Part shown: one piece after another, positions 58,982-64,000 of the stretch | Layout of the letters: each line of letters opens with the position of its first letter | Numbering within the stretch: position 1 is the stretch's first letter | Assembly: GCA_026026165.1 (NCBI GenBank) | Contig: JAPEUD010000003.1 | Coordinates: 124,001-188,000, forward strand | DNA from: Sarea resinae | Taxonomy: Eukaryota | Direction: 5' to 3' | DNA: 64,000 nucleotides | Translations under genes and position numbers: made by a program | The notes under the pieces: model-generated | The model's input: the letters and a program-made list of their open reading frames with translations, nothing else | The model's database searches: none | Told to the model about the DNA's origin: nothing

Positions 58982-60133
58982 ACGGTCAGAGGAAGACGGC
59001 CGAGGCGGACTACGGCTGTCATACCTGAGTGGACCCGTTCCAGGACTCGGTCCGACGTCGACATGCTGGAGCAGGCTTGGTCACAGTTGAGTCTTGGTCA
59101 ACAATGGTGCAGAGATGGGTATATGGTTCAATCGATTCTCTCTCTTGTTCACTCTCTCGTCAGCGGTTGGATCGTCGACGTGGATGGGTTGTGGTGAGGT
59201 GGAATGGGATTGTTTTGGTCTTTGTAGTCGGAGCCAGGCTGATGTACAAGTACCAGGGACGGCGGCGGGAAAGCGATGCAGGTCGGCGTACCACATACGT
59301 CATTTGTCGTTCTGGTGCTCACGAGCGAGTACCCACGACAGCAGGTAAGGTACCCTGGACCTCCAGTACCGCATCCGTCCCCGCCACGCGTCAGTATGAG
59401 GTACGACGTACGACGTACGAATCCCCTACTACGTACTGAGGTGCGGGACGGGCATGGGAAAGTCGCTGGAGAACTGGGAAGCGGAAGCGACCAATTCCCA
59501 TCCATCATCGACCGATGCCGCTCGACTTCGGACTTGGTACCACTTACCACTCCGCAGAGTACTCCGTACGGATACATCAAATGCGACTATGTACTGCGAG
59601 TACTGTTGTCCTGCGCAAGAGGTAGTGTGGATGCTGTCATCCCCCCGAGACCCATCATCCAGATGCAAAGCTGTTCAGACAACCTGAAAGTCGTCGCGGA
59701 CGAAGCACTCGGTCCATGGTCCATGCCCCTGGATGTGAGTAAATGCGTAACTGTACGAGTCTCGGGCGGTTCGTGGCGGCGGCATGGGAAGCGTGGCGGC
59801 TTGCCGAATCCCTGCGAAAATCTCGACCTCGTCGCAGCTTACTATGTAGTACGTACTACATACTTCGACACTGAAATAATCCTCATGCCTGATGCAGCCC
59901 ATGATATCGCCCTCTCGAGCCGCCACGAGACCGCCGTTCGAGCGGCCAAGTCAGAAGTGACCTCGCGTTTTGGCTTCGCATCTCATCTGCGCTGGTAGTT
60001 CTTCATCATCCTGATCCTTTCAATTCCTGGGCACTTCAAGCCGTTGCAAGAGCCGTAGCAGAACGGTAGCTATACCCTTTGTAGAAATTGCATGCCCGGG
60101 ACATAGAAGATCTCCGCCGCAGACATATCACCC

Positions 60134-61928
60134 ATGGCTCGGGCGCCAATCGCGATGCCATCGGCTTTGACGTTCGACCTCGTGGCGAGATGCTCGGTAG
60201 GGCCCCAATGGGAAAGAGGATGAGGATAGACATGACTTACACGACCATGCAGACCACCAAGGCCAGGGCTGCGCTCCTCACTCTTCCGCATGGACCGGTC
60301 GAACTACCCCTTTTCATGCCCGTGGCCACCCAGGCTTCATTGAAAGGGCTCACCCCCGAGCAATTAGAGAACACCGGCTGCAGACTGTGCCTCAATAACA
60401 CCTACCACCTGTAGGTGCTTTGATTTTGATATCCCATTCTATAGCATACCGTTGCTGACGACTCTCCAAGAGGACTCAAGCCAGGTCAAGCCACCCTGGA
60501 TGCCGTAGGGGGCGCTCACAAGTTCCAGTCATGGCCTCACAATATCCTGACAGGTACGATCACCACCGGGCAGGGAAGATGATCGCATTGCTAATTATAT
60601 ACGATAGACAGCGGTGGGTCCGTCATACATGACCCGTGAGCAAGATAGAGATACAGCCCCTGACCGTGACAGATTCCAAATGGTCTCCCTGCTCAAACTC
60701 GCCAAAGTCACCGAAGAAGGCGTACGCTTTCTGAGCCCGCACGACGGCAGCCCAATGTGACTTCCTTCACCCGCTCCGAAAAGGAAACGGACTGCGTCCC
60801 CAGAGTCGACGCTGACGCTGCTCCAGGCTTCTCACCCCGGAACACTCCATCTCGCTCCAAAACTCCATCGGCTCCGACATCATCATGCAGCTCGACGACG
60901 TCATAGCCACGACCTCGCCCGACCACGCCCGGATAGAAGAGGCCACGAAGAGGTCCGTCCGCTGGCTCGACCGCTGCATTGCCGCGCACAAGTATCCGGA
61001 GCGGCAGAATCTTTTCTGCATCATCCAAGGTGGGCTGGATCTAGATCTGCGTCGAGAGTGCTGCAAAGAGATGGTGGAGCGGGACACCCCTGGTATTGCT
61101 ATCGGCGGACTGTCGGGCGGAGAGGAGAAGGAGTCGTATTGCCGAGTGTGAGTCCTTCTCATGTCCGCTTTTTGGTTTTCAGTATCTAAGAGTTGCCTTG
61201 TAGAGTTGACACATGCACTGGCTTGCTGCCGGAGAAAAAGCCGCGCTATGTGATGGGAGTCGTAAGTCCAACTCAGCAACAACCCCCTCCGACATCTTCC
61301 TTGAACCACAGTCTGAGAATTTCCAGGGCTACCCCGAAGACCTAATGGTATCCGTCGCCCTCGGCGCAGACATGTTCGACTGTGTCTGGCCCACCCGAAC
61401 GGCAGTAAGTCCTTCACTCATCGCATCTTATCTATCCCCACCCCATTGCAGCTCAAACCCCTTCGAAAGACCTTCAACTAAACTAAGCCATTCTCCCTCC
61501 AGCGCTTCGGCAACGCCGTCACCTCCTCGGGGACTCTCAACCTGCGGCACTCGTCCTACGCCAATGACTTCGGGCCCATCGAGCAAGGCTGTCTCTGCCC
61601 CTGCTGCCGGCCCTCCATCCCTTCTTCTCGTTCATCAGACCCAGACAGCAACACCAACACCAACACCACCCAGCCCGGCCTCGGCATCACACGCGCCTAC
61701 ATCTACCACCTGGCCGCCAAAGAAACCGCCGGCGCGCACCTAGTCACGCTGCACAACGTCCACTACCTGCTGTCCCTGATGCGCGCGGCGCGCACCGCCA
61801 TCATCGAAGACCGCTTCCCCGCGTTCCTGAAACAGTTCTTTGGGCGGCTGTACCCGGAGAAGAGCATGTATCCCTCGTGGGCCGTGGGCGCGCTCAGGGG
61901 GGTGGGGGTGGATCTGCTGGCGGATTGA
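60134..61928 (+). CDS. QTRT1: Queuine tRNA-ribosyltransferase catalytic subunit
   Basis: Nine exons in frame: 60134-60196, 60253-60410, 60471-60553, 60608-60617, 60673-60756, 60827-61147, 61204-61261, 61327-61404, 61503-61928. Motifs FMPVAT, NTYHL, TDSGGFQ, IIQGG, PRYVMGVG, DMFDCV, zinc site CxCxxC...H. Confidence 0.95.
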
Positions 61929-62076
61929 GCGGTAGAGCCGAATTTCGGGGGGTCTCTCTGTGTGGGACTGTGTGCTATAAATCTCAATTGATAGAAAAGA
62001 TGGCCCATGGTTCGTGGATTAAGGTCGGTCGGTACCTACTGAGGTAGGTATGAGGCAGAATGAGCTGTTGCCTTGC

Positions 62077-63125
62077 CTACCTACCTACCTACCTACCTAC
62101 CTACCTACCAGCCAATCAACCTACAGCTCCTTAGCCAGAACAGAAGTTTGAATACACTTACTTAGGCCTAGAGGGGGCGTGGAGGTGTACTCCGTATTCA
62201 AACTTCTGGCCACCTACTCCGTACTATTACCATCCTCCCTTCCCCCTCTCCACCAAAACCACCAAAACCACCAATTAAACCACCAAAAACATTCCCATTC
62301 CTCTAATCCATCCCACCACCCCCTCTCTGCCATACCCTACCATACACCATACCATACCATACCATACCATACCATCTCCATCCCTCCAATCCACCCCTCT
62401 CCCCCTCCCCACCAACGCCAAACCCATACACCCATACACCATCCCCATCCACCCCAAAGTATCCCCAAGTAATCACAAACACATAACCGCAAACAAACAA
62501 ACAAACCCGCAAACAAACAAATGATCGATCATCATACCGAGCGCGCAAATCCACTCTCCTTCCCTTTTTCTTATCTCCGTCTCTGTCTCTGTCTCTATCT
62601 CTGTCTCTGGTTTGTGCCTCTGTCACTATCATTATCTCCGTCTCCGTCTCTGCAAGTATCCCATGCCTATTTCTGTCTCTGTCTCTATCACTGTCTCCGT
62701 CTCTGCAACTTCAAGCGCCCTGTGTCCTGTGTCCCGTACTATACTCTCCACTCTCCACTCTCTACTCTCCACCCTCCACTCTCTACTCTCCACTATCCAC
62801 TCTCCACTCTCTACTCTCTACTCTATACGTACGTGCAACACCTAGATGACGGATCTGATCAGAGTCCCGTCCCGTCCCGTCCCGTCCGGCAGACCATCTC
62901 AGACCCTCACAGAGCACTAACACGAACACGAACACGACTACGATTACAAATACAAACACGAACAGTGTAGAGAAGAGAAGAGAAGGTAGGTGTAGGTGTA
63001 GGTGTAGGTGTAGGTGTAGGTGTAGGTGTAGGTGCCCTTGCGATGAGTGATAGGGATACCGATACCGATACCGATACTAATACCCATATCCACTCCAGCA
63101 CCCACACCAGCACCAGCACCAGCAT
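62077..63125. repeat. Large low-complexity/microsatellite block: (CTAC)n, (CCATA)n, (CAAA)n, (TCTCTG)n, 7-mer (CTCTCCA)n, (GGTGTA)8, (GATACC)n
   Basis: Read directly; lies downstream of the TGT gene. Confidence 0.9.
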
Positions 63126-64000
63126 TATCTCCTCTCTAGAGCTCTTTGGTTGGACCTCTTTGGTTGGACCTCTACTCTCTCAGCCACCTGGCAGACAAAA
63201 AGGGAGGCGAGGGGCGAGGGGCGAGGGGTAAGGAATCGATGCCACGTCGCTTCCCTCCCTCCCTCCCTCCCTCCCTATAAAAACTTAACGAGCGGGCCGG
63301 GAGAAGGGCGGGGCGGGGAAGGGTTGAAAGAAACGGAAGGGTTAGGAAGGAAGGGTTAGAAAGGGAACGAGGTCAGATGGTTGGTTACCTTATTGATGCA
63401 TCCATTTTACCCAGTCAGTTTCGGGACTGCGCGAGCAGGCGGCAGCCAGCAGCCAGCAGCAGGAGGAGTATTAGGAATATCATAACATGACATGACATGA
63501 CATGAGAGACGTCTGTCTTGTCTTGTCTGGGATGAGCAAAGAAAAGAGCGTTCATATTGGGATTTTTCATTGAGCAGCAGCCGATGGCAGGCAGGCCAAG
63601 GCAAGAGAGCTGGAGGTATACGGGCCAAGGGATGTGGTCGGTCATGAACCATGAACAATTACGGCAAAAGGACTTTGTCTGATGGGAGGAACTTCACAAT
63701 CACTTTCTCTGTGGAATTCTGCGTGGTGCCGTCTGCTCTTCGTGTGGCATCCTCATCTCATTTCAGCTCAGCTCAGCTCACTGCGGCTTCGTTTGTCTGA
63801 ACTAGCCTATCTCCCCCTTCTTTTTTTTTTTCTGTATGTATGCCGTAGATTCTCCCATTTGCCTTCTCCTGTGCCAATACCTCCCCACTCGCGCTGATCT
63901 AGGTCTAAGCCTTTTGGTTGTTGATGCCCTTGAGCTCGACGTCGCTGTGGTAGGGCGGAAGAGATAGTTAGATGAGCAATTGACCCAGGCTGTGTTAAGA

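Noticed and set aside
59276..59998. 240-aa ORF between the DUF1774 and TGT genes
   Set aside because: It spans a divergent promoter rich in GTAC-type motifs, and the translation has no protein-like features.
63339..63359. GGGTTAG telomere-like words
   Set aside because: Only two non-adjacent copies within purine-rich low-complexity DNA.

Overview
Gene-dense chromosomal DNA from a filamentous ascomycete (Pezizomycotina-type genes; short introns with CTRAY branch points). I hand-spliced about 22 protein-coding genes: a cytochrome b561-domain protein, a coiled-coil protein, a two-RRM protein, a DUF1932/6PGD-like dehydrogenase, a perilipin/CAP20-like protein, an alpha/beta hydrolase, an NmrA-like reductase, Tho1/SARNP, an MFS drug transporter, Ufe1, Aat2, AP-2 beta, Emc4, Bbc1, Rtr1, Rps17, Mrp51, a class II chitin synthase, an R3H-associated protein, leucine aminopeptidase, a DUF1774 protein and queuine tRNA-ribosyltransferase. 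The window also starts inside the 3' end of a probable GPI-anchored protein. I found no tRNA, rRNA, CRISPR array, intact transposon or secondary-metabolite backbone gene, and no convincing new multi-gene system. The strongest unexplained signal is non-coding: the 12-bp palindrome TACTCCGGAGTA occurs six times and, with related TAC-TCC/TTC-GTA words, was seen only in intergenic DNA. Other points of note are a 10-nt microexon carrying the TGT DSGG motif, two GC-AG introns, a 140-bp MITE-like inverted repeat, an Aat2 extended at both ends, and apparent GC enrichment at gene 3' ends next to microsatellite clusters. All family assignments come from motif recognition by eye, not database searches.
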